Below are positions 52,072 through 64,000 of a stretch of DNA of 64,000 bases, one piece after another. Where the stretch lies: positions 11,408,001 through 11,472,000 of the forward strand of contig OZ024763.1 in assembly GCA_964016885.1 (NCBI GenBank), in the 5' to 3' direction. A program made the position numbers and the translations under genes. Each line of letters starts with the position of its first letter. The first letter of the stretch is position 1. The stretch comes from Eledone cirrhosa. Lineage: Eukaryota. The notes beneath the pieces were generated by a model. The model worked only from the letters and a program-made list of their open reading frames with translations. It was not told the origin of the DNA and did no database searches.

Positions 52072-54530
52072 ATCATCATCACTGCTTAACGTCCATCTTC
52101 CACACTAGCATGGGTTAGACGGTTTTGTTTCATTCAATGCGGGATTGGTCAGGACACCGTGTCTCGCTCATTCGGAAGTGTCTCTGGCAGGTTTTCTATA
52201 GCTGGATGCCCTTCCTAACACCAACCACACTTACAGTGTGGACTGGGAGCCTTTTTACCGTGTCTCCTACACGACCACTTTACAGTGTGGACTGAATGCT
52301 TTTCGTTGTGTCATCAACACAGTGGATGGAACGGGATAGGGAGGATGGGGTAGGGTGTGTAGGTGGGGTGTATATTGGGTTAAGAGGTTCCTACTGACTG
52401 TAGGTTTGTATACAAGGGAAGGCGGGTCTTCTATACAACTGCATGGCACCAAAGATCTCGATCCAGTGACATTGTCTTAGAGAGGTGTAAGTGAGCAAGG
52501 TCAGTTTTTATCACCTCGTCCCAGGTTTTTCTTGGTCTACCCACTCCATAGCTTCCATCAATTTTCATTGCCCTGCACTTTTTTATACAGCTGTCATCCT
52601 TCATATGCATCACATGTCCATACCAATGCAATCTTCTCTCCAGAACACAACATTTGCTATGTTTCTTATGCTTAGTCTCTATCTCCATTTATGCTTCACC
52701 GTTCACGCACATTACTATTACACATCCATTGGAGCATGCAAGCTTCATTTCATTCTAATCTACACAAGTCTTCAGCACACAACGCCCAGGTCTCACTACT
52801 ATGTAATATCGCTGTTCGTATATTAGCATTATAGAATTGCCTTTCACTTTTAGAAAAAAAAAACCCTTGTGGCCAACAGCAGTATTAGCTCTCTGAATTT
52901 TTTCTATTCAGTTCTAACTGTAGTTACTACACTTTCAGAGCACCTTCCTCCACTGCTGATTTTGTCACCCAGGTACCGGAAAGTGTCTACTATTTTTATA
53001 CAACAATCTGGGCAGTTGAAGGAGCTAGCATCCAGTGGGTCCTTGCAACTTACTGCACCCGAGCATCGGCCACATATAAAATCTACATTCTTAGATAGCT
53101 TACCTGTGATCCCACTACATCTTTTATGTACTCATAGATTGCATTTGGGGCATAGAATGGAATTTCTACCTACTCCTTTCTTACACACTGAGCATGGCCA
53201 TTTCCCTGAGGGCACCTGTTCCCTAGTCTTCTTTCTACATACTAGAACTTTAGTCTTAGACAAGTTGACTCAAAGGCCTTTTGATTCTAGGCCATGCTTC
53301 CATGTTTCAAACTTCTTCTCTAGTTCAGCCATGGATTCAGATATGAGAGATCATCTGCATATAGAAGTTCCCATGGGCAGCCTGTCTTAAACCCTTCTGT
53401 TATAGCCTGTAGGCCAATAATAAGCAGGGTGGGGCTAAGGACGGAGCCCTGGTGAACTCCTACTATTACATTAAATTCTTCACTATATTCATTGTTAATT
53501 CTAACCTTGCTGACTGTTCCTCTATACATGGCTTGTATAGCTCTCACAAGCCATTCACCCACTCCTAGTTTTCTAAGGGCCCACCAGATTAAGGTGCATG
53601 GGACTCTGTCAAAGGCTTTCTCCAAGTCAACAAAAGCTAAGTAGAGGGGTTTACTTTTAGCTAGATACTTCTCCTGTAATTGCCATACAAGTAAAAGAGC
53701 ATCCATGGTGCTTTTACCTGGCACAAACCCAAACTGCATTTCACATAGATCAATTTGGTCCCTAATCAGTTGTGTAATAACTCTTTCTGTGACTTTCATG
53801 ACCTGGTCAACTAACTTAATGCCCCTATAGTTTCCTCTATCCAGGGCATCTCCTTTGCTCTTGTAGCAGTTCATGATGCTGCTGCTACGCCAGTCATTTG
53901 GTATGACCCCATTCTGTATGACTTGGTTTACTATCCGGGTGACCATAGTATGTCCCACCATTCCAGATGCCTTCAACATTTCAGCAACTATCCCCGAAGG
54001 CCCAGCTGCCTTGTCTGTCTTCATATCTTTGATTGCCTTACTTACTATACTACCATCAACTTGCACTGCTGGTCCCTCTATTGGATCAATTTGGGGCAGA
54101 CTATCTTTATTCCATTCATTCTCCACATTCAGTAGTTTCTCATAGTGACACTTCCAAGCTACCTTCTTATCACTATCAGTGAGGGCAAGTATACCATCGT
54201 CATTACGGACACAAGTCTCCCCAACAATATCACAGTTCTCCTTGACACATTGCCTCGCAATCCTGAACACCTCCTGTCTTTGGTCCTCGTGTTGTAGAAT
54301 ATGCTTGAACTTACTATCCTCTGCTTCTCTCTTTGCAAGGTATACTTGTTGTCTAGCTTCTCTCCTAGCTACTCGATAGAGTTCTCTACTACCCCCATTC
54401 TGCCATTCCTTCCAAGCCTGCTTTTTGCCCTTGATGGACTCCTCCACCTTACTGTTCCAACACCATGTCACTCTCCTCCTGCCTAACGGTCTGCTCCAGC
54501 CACAGATTTCATCAGTCACCTTCAACAGGT
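52072..54530 (-). pseudogene. RTE copy D, 5'-truncated and frameshifted
   Basis: TDEICGWS..FVDLEKAFD..GVHQGSVLSP..YADD, Cys-rich insert, 3'UTR. Confidence 0.92.
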
Positions 54531-55147
54531 TGTTCCTGCTGGCAGCCGATTTCATACTAAGGCGAATGGATGAAGGACCCGGTTGAGGAATCCCATGGAG
54601 AGGGCAATCGAGGCTGACGGACCTGGCATTCCCCGACGACATCGCTTTGATCGCTGAAAAGAGTGCAGATCTGCAGACCCTAACAATATCCCTACAAGAG
54701 AGTGCAGGAAAGATCGGCCTGAGAATCAACACCAAAAAGACCAAGGTCATGAGAACGGCGAGCAACACAGGTCCAGTGATCAGAGTCAACCAACAGGACC
54801 TCGAGGAAGTCGATCACTTCACCTATCTGGGCAGCATCTTGACAAGCTGCGGCGACGCGGAGCTCGACATCAACTGTCGGATCGGCAAAGGAGCTGCAGT
54901 TTTCCAGCGGCTGTGCCCAGTCTGGTCGTCTTCATGCATTAGCACCAAGACCAAGCTCCGACTGTACAAGAGCATCGTGCTGCCGACAGTGCTTTATGCG
55001 AGCGAGACCTGGAAGAGTACGGCAAAAATAGAGAGACGGCTGAACGCTTTCCACCAGCGGTGCCTGCGAAAGATCCTTCGTGTGTCCTGGCGCGACCGAG
55101 TGCGAAACGAGGAGATCCTGCGGAGAGCCGAGTCGTGGACGCTATAA
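54531..55147 (+). mobile_element. GC-rich RTE-type LINE (second family), RT fragment
   Basis: LTDLAFPDDIAL..GLRINTKKTKVM..VDHFTYLGS..DINCRIGK..YASETW. Confidence 0.85.
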
Positions 55148-55209
55148 AGAGTGTTGAGGGAGCGTCTAAACCCATGCTAGTGTGGAAGATAGACGTTAAA
55201 CGATGATGA

Positions 55210-55268
<59 letters not shown>

Positions 55269-55449
55269 ATGTGAATGCAGCAGAGCTGAACTGTTAAACC
55301 ACTTGATACCAAACCATAAATTTGATAATTTTAAAATGGTTATTTTTATATTAAAATATTCCATTATAATTTCATTTTAGTAATGTTATAAATATCGGCT
55401 TACTAATGACAATCAGTTGTTTTATTAAGTTTAATTGAAACATTTAATT

Positions 55450-56063
55450 GCTGTATTTCATTAGAAACATGGTAGTGAACGAGTTAGAGATATAGACAGT
55501 GTCTTTCATTAGAAATATGGTAATGTAAAGGTTAATGACATAGGTAGTGTCTTTCATTAGAAATATGGTAATGTAAAGGTTAATGACATAGGTAGTGTCT
55601 TTCATTAGAAATATGGTAATGAAAGGGTTAATGACATAGACAGTGTCTTTCATTAGAAATGTGGTAATGAAAGGGTTAATGACATAGGTAGTGTCTTTCA
55701 TTAGAAATATGGTAATGAAAGGGTTAATGACATAGACAGTGTCTTTCATTGGAAATATCGTAGTGAAAGGGTTAATGACATAGACAGTGTCTTTCATTAG
55801 AAATATGGTAATGAAAGGGTTAAGGACATAGACAGTGTCTTTCATTAGAAATATGGTAATGAAAGGGTTAATGATAAAGACAGTGTCTTTCATTAGAAAT
55901 ATGGTAATGAAAGGGTTAATGACATAGACAGTGTCTTTCATTAGAAATATGGTAATGAAAGGGTTAATGACATAGACAGTGTCTTTCATTAGAAATATGG
56001 TAATGAAAGGGTTAATGACATAGACAGTGTCTTACATTAGAAATATGGTAATGAAAGGGTTAA
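55450..56063. repeat. 48-bp minisatellite (~12 copies)
   Basis: Unit catagacagtgtctttcattagaaatatggtaatgaaagggttaatga. Confidence 0.95.
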
Positions 56064-56349
56064 CAGCTATTTATAATAACATCCCTGGTTAAATTGTAGC
56101 TATGTAGTCATGTGATAATAACAATTGTAAGAGAGAAATATTGTGTATTTGGTAGACCAACTTTCTTCCTGTTGTGGCTACAGCATGGCCGTATGCTGAA
56201 GAAGGTGACAGAACAACCATGATTTTGTCCCGAGTTTGAATTGATCCCATAATATCATGGGAAATACTTTCATCTACCCTAATCTTAAGAACCCAAGCCT
56301 TCTCAGGTTAATTAGGTAGACAGCATATAATGTTGCTATCATAGTCATA

Positions 56350-56810
56350 ATAATTGTTTCTACCTTTGGCACAAGGCCAGCAATTACCCAGTGTATTACT
56401 GGTACAGTTCAAATCCCGCCGAGGTTACACTGGGTAATTGCTGGCCTTGTGCCAAAAGTAGAAACAATTATTTTATCGACCCCGTAAGGATGAAAGGCAA
56501 AGTTAACCTCGGCAGGATTTGAACTGAGATTGTAAAGAGCCGTAACTCTATGCTGAAAAGCATAGCATCCGACCCTCATTATATATTAAATGGTGATTTC
56601 TAGTATAAGCACAAGGCCAGTAATTTTGGGAGAGGGGAAGTCAATTAAATCGACACCAGTACGTTACTGGTACTTTATTTTATCAACTCCGTAAGGATGA
56701 AAGGCAAAGTTAACCTCGGCGGGATTTGAACTCAGATTGTAAAGGGCCGTAACTCTATGCTGCAAGGCATGGTGCCCAACTCTCTACCGATACTGCCAAT
56801 CCACCATCTA
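56350..56810 (-). mobile_element. Two tandem SINE family 1 copies, the first internally rearranged
   Basis: Core matches; inverted tail duplication 56352-56470. Confidence 0.8.
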
Positions 56811-57049
56811 ATATATAATAATAGGAGGAGTGGGGGACTGCGTCAGGGATATTTTCTCTGAAGATGTTATTAAAATAAGTTGGATTACTTTGAATAAATC
56901 ATAAATAGTCTGGACTGGATATTCTGTGGTACTAACAGAACTTTACAGAGAAAGGATGGTGTGGGTGGAAGTGGGAGGGTGGAGTAGGGTTAGTGGGTTG
57001 GGGTGTATATTTGGTTAAGAGGTGTCTACTGACTGTAGGTTAACTTTGC

Positions 57050-58142
57050 ACATAGGTATTACTGCGTAGTGCCAAACGTCTCGATCCAGTAACATTGACA
57101 TTGTCTTAGAGAGGTGTAAGTGTGCAAGGGCAGTTTTTATGATGACATCCCAGGTTTTTCTGGGTCTGCCTACTGTAATTTCCATCAATTTTAATCACCT
57201 TGCACTTTTTTATACAGCTGTCATCTTTCATGTGCATCACGTGACCATACCAATGTAGTCTTCTCTCGAGTAAACACCATCTGATCCCTCTTATTCCTAA
57301 TTTCTCACTTAGTTCATTTATGTTTTGCCGTTCATGTATATTACTGTTACACATCCAACGGAGCATGCATGCTTCATTCCTTTCCAGTCTACGCAGGTCC
57401 TCTGCACACAATGCCCAGGTCTCACTGCCATGTAACATTTCAGTTCGTATACAGGCATCATACAATCTGTCTTTCATTTTTAGAAAGAAACGTTTAGCGG
57501 TCAATAGTGATATAAGCTCTCTGAACTTTTTCCATCCCGTTCTGACTCTAGCTACTGTACTTTCAGAGCACCCTCCACCACTGCTGATTTTGTCACCCAG
57601 GTAACGGAAAGTGTCCACTATTTCTATAGAACCATCTAGGCAATAGAAGGATCTAGTATCCTGTGGGCACTTACTACTTATTGTATCTTAGCATTGGCCA
57701 CATATAAAATCTACATTCTTAGATAGCTTGCCTGTGATCCCACTACATCTTTTATGTACCCATAGTTTGCATTTGGGGCATAGAATGGAATTTCTACCTA
57801 CGCCTTCCCTACACACTGAGCATGGCCATTTCCCAGAGGGCACCTGTGCCCTATTTTCCTTTCTACATACTAGAACTTTAGTCTCAGGCAAGTTAACTTT
57901 AAGGCCTTTTGATTCTAGGCCATGCTTCCATGTTTGGAATATCTTCTCTAGTTCAGCCATAGATTCAGCTATGAGAGTTAGATCATCTACATATAGAAGT
58001 TCCCATGGGCAGCCTGTCTTGAACTACTCTGTTATAGCCGGAAGGACAATAATAAACAGGAGGGGGCTAAGGACAGAGCCTTAATAACACCTACTTTAAC
58101 GCTAAATTCTTCACTATATTCATTGTTAATTCTAATCTTGCT
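57050..58142 (-). pseudogene. RTE copy E, 5'-truncated
   Basis: WPCSVC..CPKC..VHKRC..FICGQC; FRYLGD; RLHWYGHV. Confidence 0.9.
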
Positions 58143-58697
58143 ATATATAAATATATATATCATCATCATCTCATCATCATCTTTGTTTAACGTCCATTTT
58201 CCACGCTGAGGAGGGTCATATTGTTATAATATTGCCAGCAATATATAATAAAACACACTCACTTTTTTGTTTGGATTGGTTTTTGTTTCCGTATATTTTA
58301 TATTTCTACTGTTAATTTAGCTGGCAATCAATGTTTATCATTGATTGACCAGCAGTTAAAAATATAGATATAAATATATATTTTGTCTATCAAAGTTATT
58401 TTATCATTATCAGTGGTACTATTACGTTTCCTCATGTTGTACAATGGGAGGAAACATAATAGTACCACTGACGATGGTATAGCAAGCCACATAGGACACT
58501 GGAATAGTTCCTGTATTTTCCTCGGAAGAAGAGATATCATTCTCGAAATATCAGGGCATATGAATAAATTAAGTTAAAAATACAAGCCCTGTTTCTCACA
58601 TTATAAATATTTTCCATCCAAACCTACATTGTCGTGGCTTTCGAACTTTGAATTCTTTATACCATATACAATGCTTCAAGTAAACTACAAATCCCTT

Positions 58698-58761
<64 letters not shown>

Positions 58762-58834
58762 TAAGTTGTATTTAGACCACTCAACAGGTTACTGGAGTAA
58801 ATATTCCATGATATTAAATAAATGCCTTTATTTA

Positions 58835-59560
58835 ATATGAGATACTTGGACTTCTCCACCTGCTTCAGTGGAACTCCATTCACATGTAGAGTGCACTACA
58901 CAGGCTTCTTTGAGAGGATGACTGTCTCAGTTTTTGCAGCACTGATCTTCATTCCAGCCATGCAGCACTCAGTATCAAACCTATAAAGTGCAAATCAGAG
59001 ATCATCTTCTGTTGAGTTAAATAATACTATGTCATCTGCAAATTCCAAACAACTGATTTTACGCCTGCCAGTCTTGATACCACTTCCAACCCAGCTGCAC
59101 ATGTCAATCCTGTTCATGGAAATAATGAACAGGAGAGGTGACAGCATGCACCCTTGGTGGAGTCTGACTCCCGCATTGAATGGTTTCGATTTAGCACCAT
59201 TTATCTGATCACAAATACACCAGGGCAGGAAGAAGCTGACCATCAATCCCATACTCCTGCAGAACATTCCACAGAAGGTCATTTTCTTGAAGACCTGCCG
59301 CAGTGTGAATATTTGGTCAGCTGTCCTGCATCTGGAGCAAAGACCACACTGGTCATCAACTAGCTTGGACTCAACAATCTCCCTGCATCTCTTTACCAGA
59401 CACTTAGTATAGACTTTACTGAGGAGGTTTAACAAGGTCTCCCTGTACTTGGAACAATTTCTCTTAACTCCCTTTTTGAAAGCTGGGATTTTGACTCCCA
59501 ATTGCCATTGCCTAGGTGCCTTTCCAGAGATCCAAGCGACCCAGCATACATGAGTCAGCC
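58835..59560 (-). pseudogene. Decayed RTE-like RT (third family)
   Basis: KKG...CS.YR, DQIFTLRQ, QGCMLSPLLF, FADD. Confidence 0.8.
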
Positions 59561-59680
59561 AGAAAAAATAAAGTACCAGAAAAGCACTGGGGTCAATTTA
59601 ATTGATTTTCCCCTCCCCCATATTAGTTGGCCTTGTCACAGAAACCATTATTATTATTATTATTATTTGACTATTTATTA

Positions 59681-59897
59681 GGGCAGTGGATTAGCAGTAT
59701 CGGTAGAGGGTTGGACACCATGTCTTTGTAGCATAGAGTTACAGTCCTTTATGATCTGAGTTCAAATCCCGCCGAGGTTAACTTTGCCTTTCATCCATAT
59801 GGGGTCGATAAAATAAAGTACGAGTCACGCACTGGGATCGATTTAATCGACTTAGCCCTCCCCCAAAATTGCTGACCTTATGCCTATATAAGAAACC
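59681..59897 (+). mobile_element. SINE family 1, full length with TSD
   Basis: Flanked by direct repeat attatttgactattta. Confidence 0.88.
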
Positions 59898-60018
59898 ATT
59901 ATTTGACTATTTATCACAACCATAATTGATGTTGCTTTGGGCCGGTTATTTTAGGGAATACTGGGCTACAACTAGTAGCTTAGGGTAACTCCAAATTTTT
60001 CCTATCATTTCACTACTG

Positions 60019-60160
60019 CTAGTAATCCTGAACCTTTCTAAATATTTGAGCTGTTCTCTGTAAGAATGACTTTTGGAGAAGTTCAATCCCCGGGTCAAAG
60101 TCTGTCTTTAACAGATAGTCCTCGAGGTTCTTTGTCATCATGCCAAGAATACCAATCTGC
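60019..60160 (-). pseudogene. C-terminus of R4/Dong-like ORF
   Basis: Manual translation IGILGMMTKNLEDYLLKTDFDPGIELLQKSFLQRTAQIFRKVQDY*. Confidence 0.65.
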
Positions 60161-60162
60161 AC

Positions 60163-63100
60163 TGTGACATTGGTGACTGTCTTTATTACTCCAGTATTTC
60201 AAGAACACCAATCATCAATGTGACAATGGTGACTGTCTTTATTACTCCAGTATTTCAAGATCTCAATCATCAATGTGACAATGGTGACTGTCTTTATTAC
60301 TCCAGTATTTCAAGAACACCAATCATCAATGTGACAATGGTGACTGTCTTTATTACTTCAGTATTTCAAGATCACCAATCATCAATGTGACAATGGTGAC
60401 TGTCTTTATTACTTCAGTATTTCAAGAACACCAATCATCAATGTGACAATGGTGACTGTCTTTATTACTCCAGTATTTCAAGATCTCAATCATCAATGTG
60501 ACAATGGTGACTGTCTTTATTACTCCAGTATTTCAAGAACACCAATCATCAATGTGACAATGGTGACTGTCTTTATTACTTCAGTATTTCAAGATCACCA
60601 ATCATCAATGTGACAATGGTGACTGTCTTTATTACTCCAGTATTTCAAGAACACCAATCATCAATGTGACAATGGTGACTGTCTTTATTACTCCAGTATT
60701 TCAAGAACACCAATCATCAATGTGTCAATGGTGACTGTCTTTATTACTCCAGTATTTCAAGAACACCAATCATCAATGTGACAATGGTGACTGTCTTTAT
60801 TACTCCAGTATTTCAAGAACACCAATCATCAATGAGACAATGGTGACTGTCTTAATTACTCCAGTATTTCAAGAACACCAATCATCAATGTGACAATGGT
60901 GACTGTCTTTATTACTTCAGTATTTCAAGATCTCAATCATCAATGTGACAATGGTGACTGTCTTTATTACTCCAGTATTTCAAGAACACCAATCATCAAT
61001 GTGACAATGGTGACTGTCTTTATTACTCCAGTATTTCAAGAACACCAATCATCAATGTGACAATGGTGACTGTCTTTATTACTTCAGTATTTCAAGATCA
61101 CCAATCATCAATGTGACAATGGTGACTGTCTTTATTACTCCAGTATTTCAAGAACACCAATCATCAATGTGACAATGGTGACTGTCTTTATTACTCCAGT
61201 ATTTCAAGAACACCAATCATCAATGAGACAATGGTGACTGTCTTAATTACTCCAGTATTTCAAGAACACCAATCATCAATGTGACAATGGTGACTGTCTT
61301 TATTACTCCAGTATTTCAAGAACACCAATCATCAATGAGACAATGGTGACTGTCTTTATTACTCCAGTATTTCAAGAACACCAATCATCAATGTGACAAT
61401 GGTGACTGTCTTTATTACTCCAGTATTTCAAGATCTCAATCATCAATGTGACAATGGTGACTGTCTTTATTACTCCAGTATTTCAAGAACACCAATCATC
61501 AATGTGACAATGGTGACTGTCTTTATTACTCCAGTATTTCAAGAACACCAATCATCAATGAGACAATGGTGACTGTCTTAATTACTCCAGTATTTCAAGA
61601 AGACCAATCATCAATGTGACAATGGTGACTGTCTTTATTACTCCAGTATTTCAAGATCTCAATCATCAATGTGACAATGGTGACTGTCTTTATTACTCCA
61701 GTATTTCAAGAAGACCAATCATCAATGTGACAATGGTGACTGTCTTTATTACTCCAGTATTTCAAGATCTCAATCATCAATGTGACAATGGTGACTGTCT
61801 TTATTACTTCAGTATTTCAAGATCTCAATCATCAATGTGACAATGGTGACTGTCTTTATTACTTCAGTATTTCAAGATCTCAATCATCAATGTGACAATG
61901 GTGACTGTCTTTATTACTCCAGTATTTCAAGAACACCAATCATCAATGTGACAATGGTGACTGTCTTTATTACTCCAGTATTTCAAGAACACCAATCATC
62001 AATGTGACAATGGTGACTGTCTTTATTACTCCAGTATTTCAAGAACACCAATCATCAATGTGACAATGGTGACTGTCTTTATTACTTCAGTATTTCAAGA
62101 TCTCAATCATCAATGTGACAATGGTGACTGTCTTTATTACTTCAGTATTTCAAGAACACCAATCATCAATGTGACAATGGTGACTGTCTTTATTACTTCA
62201 GTATTTCAAGATCTCAATCATCAATGTGACAATGGTGACTGTCTTTATTACTTCAGTATTTCAAGATCTCAATCATCAATGTGACAATGGTGACTGTCTT
62301 TATTACTCCAGTATTTCAAGAACACCAATCATCAATGTGACAATGGTGACTGTCTTTATTACTCCAGTATTTCAAGAACACCAATCATCAATGTGACAAT
62401 GGTGACTGTCTTTATTACTCCAGTATTTCAAGAACACCAATCATCAATGTGACAATGGTGACTGTCTTTATTACTCCAGTATTTCAAGAAGACCAATCAT
62501 CAATGTGACAATGGTGACTGTCTTTATTACTCCAGTATTTCAAGAACACCAATCATCAATGTGACAATGGTGACTGTCTTTATTACTCCAGTATTTCAAG
62601 AACACCAATCATCAATGTGACAATGGTGACTGTCTTTATTACTCCAGTATTTCAAGAAGACCAATCATCAATGTGACAATGGTGACTGTCTTTATTACTC
62701 CAGTATTTCAAGAACACCAATCATCAATGTGACAATGGTGACTGTCTTTATTACTCCAGTATTTCAAGAACACCAATCATCAATGTGACAATGGTGACTG
62801 TCTTTATTACTCCAGTATTTCAAGAAGACCAATCATCAATGTGACAATGGTGACTGTCTTTATTACTCCAGTATTTCAAGAAGACCAATCATCAATGTGA
62901 CAATGGTGACTGTCTTTATTACTCCAGTATTTCAAGAACACCAATCATCAATGTGACAATGGTGACTGTCTTTATTACTCCAGTATTTCAAGAACACCAA
63001 TCATCAATGTGACAATGGTGACTGTCTTTATTACTCCAGTATTTCAAGAAGACCAATCATCAATGTGACAATGGTGACTGTCTTTATTACTCCAGTATTT

Positions 63101-64000
63101 CAAGAACACCAATCATCAATGTGACAATGGTGACTGTCTTTATTACTCCAGTATTTCAAGATCACCAATCATCAATGTGACAATGGTGACTGTCTTAATT
63201 ACTCCAGTATTTCAAGAACACCAATCATCAATGTGACAATGGTGACTGTCTTAATTACTCCAGTATTTCAAGAACACCAATCATCAATGTGACAATGGTG
63301 ACTGTCTTTATTACTCCAGTATTTCAAGAACACCAATCATCAATGTGACAATGGTGACTGTCTTTATTACTCCAGTATTTCAAGAACACCAATCATCAAT
63401 GTGACAATGGTGACTGTCTTTATTACTTCAGTATTTCAAGAACACCAATCATCAATGTGACAATGGTGACTGTCTTTATTACTCCAGTATTTCAAGAACA
63501 CCAATCATCAATGTGACAATGGTGACTGTCTTTATTACTCCAGTATTTCAAGAACACCAATCATCAATGTGACAATGGTGACTGTCTTTATTACTCCAGT
63601 ATTTCAAGAACACCAATCATCAATGTGACAATGGTGACTGTCTTTATTACTCCAGTATTTCAAGAACACCAATCATCAATGTGACAATGGTGACTGTCTT
63701 TATTACTTCAGTATTTCAAGAACACCAATCATCAATGTGACAATGGTGACTGTCTTTATTACTCCAGTATTTCAAGAACACCAATCATCAATGTGACAAT
63801 GGTGACTGTCTTTATTACTCCAGTATTTCAAGAACACCAATCATCAATGTGACAATGGTGACTGTCTTTATTACTCCAGTATTTCAAGAACACCAATCAT
63901 CAATGTGACAATGGTGACTGTCTTTATTACTTCAGTATTTCAAGAACACCAATCATCAATGTGACAATGGTGACTGTCTTTATTACTCCAGTATTTCAAG
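60163..64000. repeat. 55/56-bp satellite (~69 copies), runs off the window
   Basis: Unit caatgtgacaatggtgactgtctttattactccagtatttcaagaacaccaatcat, with a gatctc variant 1 bp shorter. Confidence 0.98.

Noticed and set aside
60163-64000. CRISPR-like array (also considered for 25131-27830 and 24300-24590)
   Set aside because: No unique spacers, no cas genes, eukaryotic context

Overview
Eukaryotic, AT-rich, almost entirely repetitive DNA. The SINE, LINE and microsatellite content looks like a coleoid cephalopod (Octopus-like) genome, which is an inference. No host protein-coding gene can be supported, and most listed ORFs are microsatellite or minisatellite artefacts. The window holds: two near-full-length RTE-type LINEs with uninterrupted APE+RT ORFs plus several decayed copies, the four best-preserved carrying a C4HC3 (PHD-like) finger inside the RT; fragments of R4/Dong-like and CRE-like restriction-endonuclease LINEs; a rearranged Penelope-like (GIY-YIG) element; two tRNA-derived SINE families; one non-autonomous Helitron; and at least seven minisatellites, most traceable to TE pieces. 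The hidden signal is a set of minimal type-I hammerhead ribozyme motifs (six intact-looking copies plus the one on the Penelope-like element, and three damaged ones). They belong to several sequence families, mostly lie beside (TA)n tracts, and several occur as inverted pairs forming long fold-back palindromes. In one pair a Helitron has inserted inside one ribozyme.
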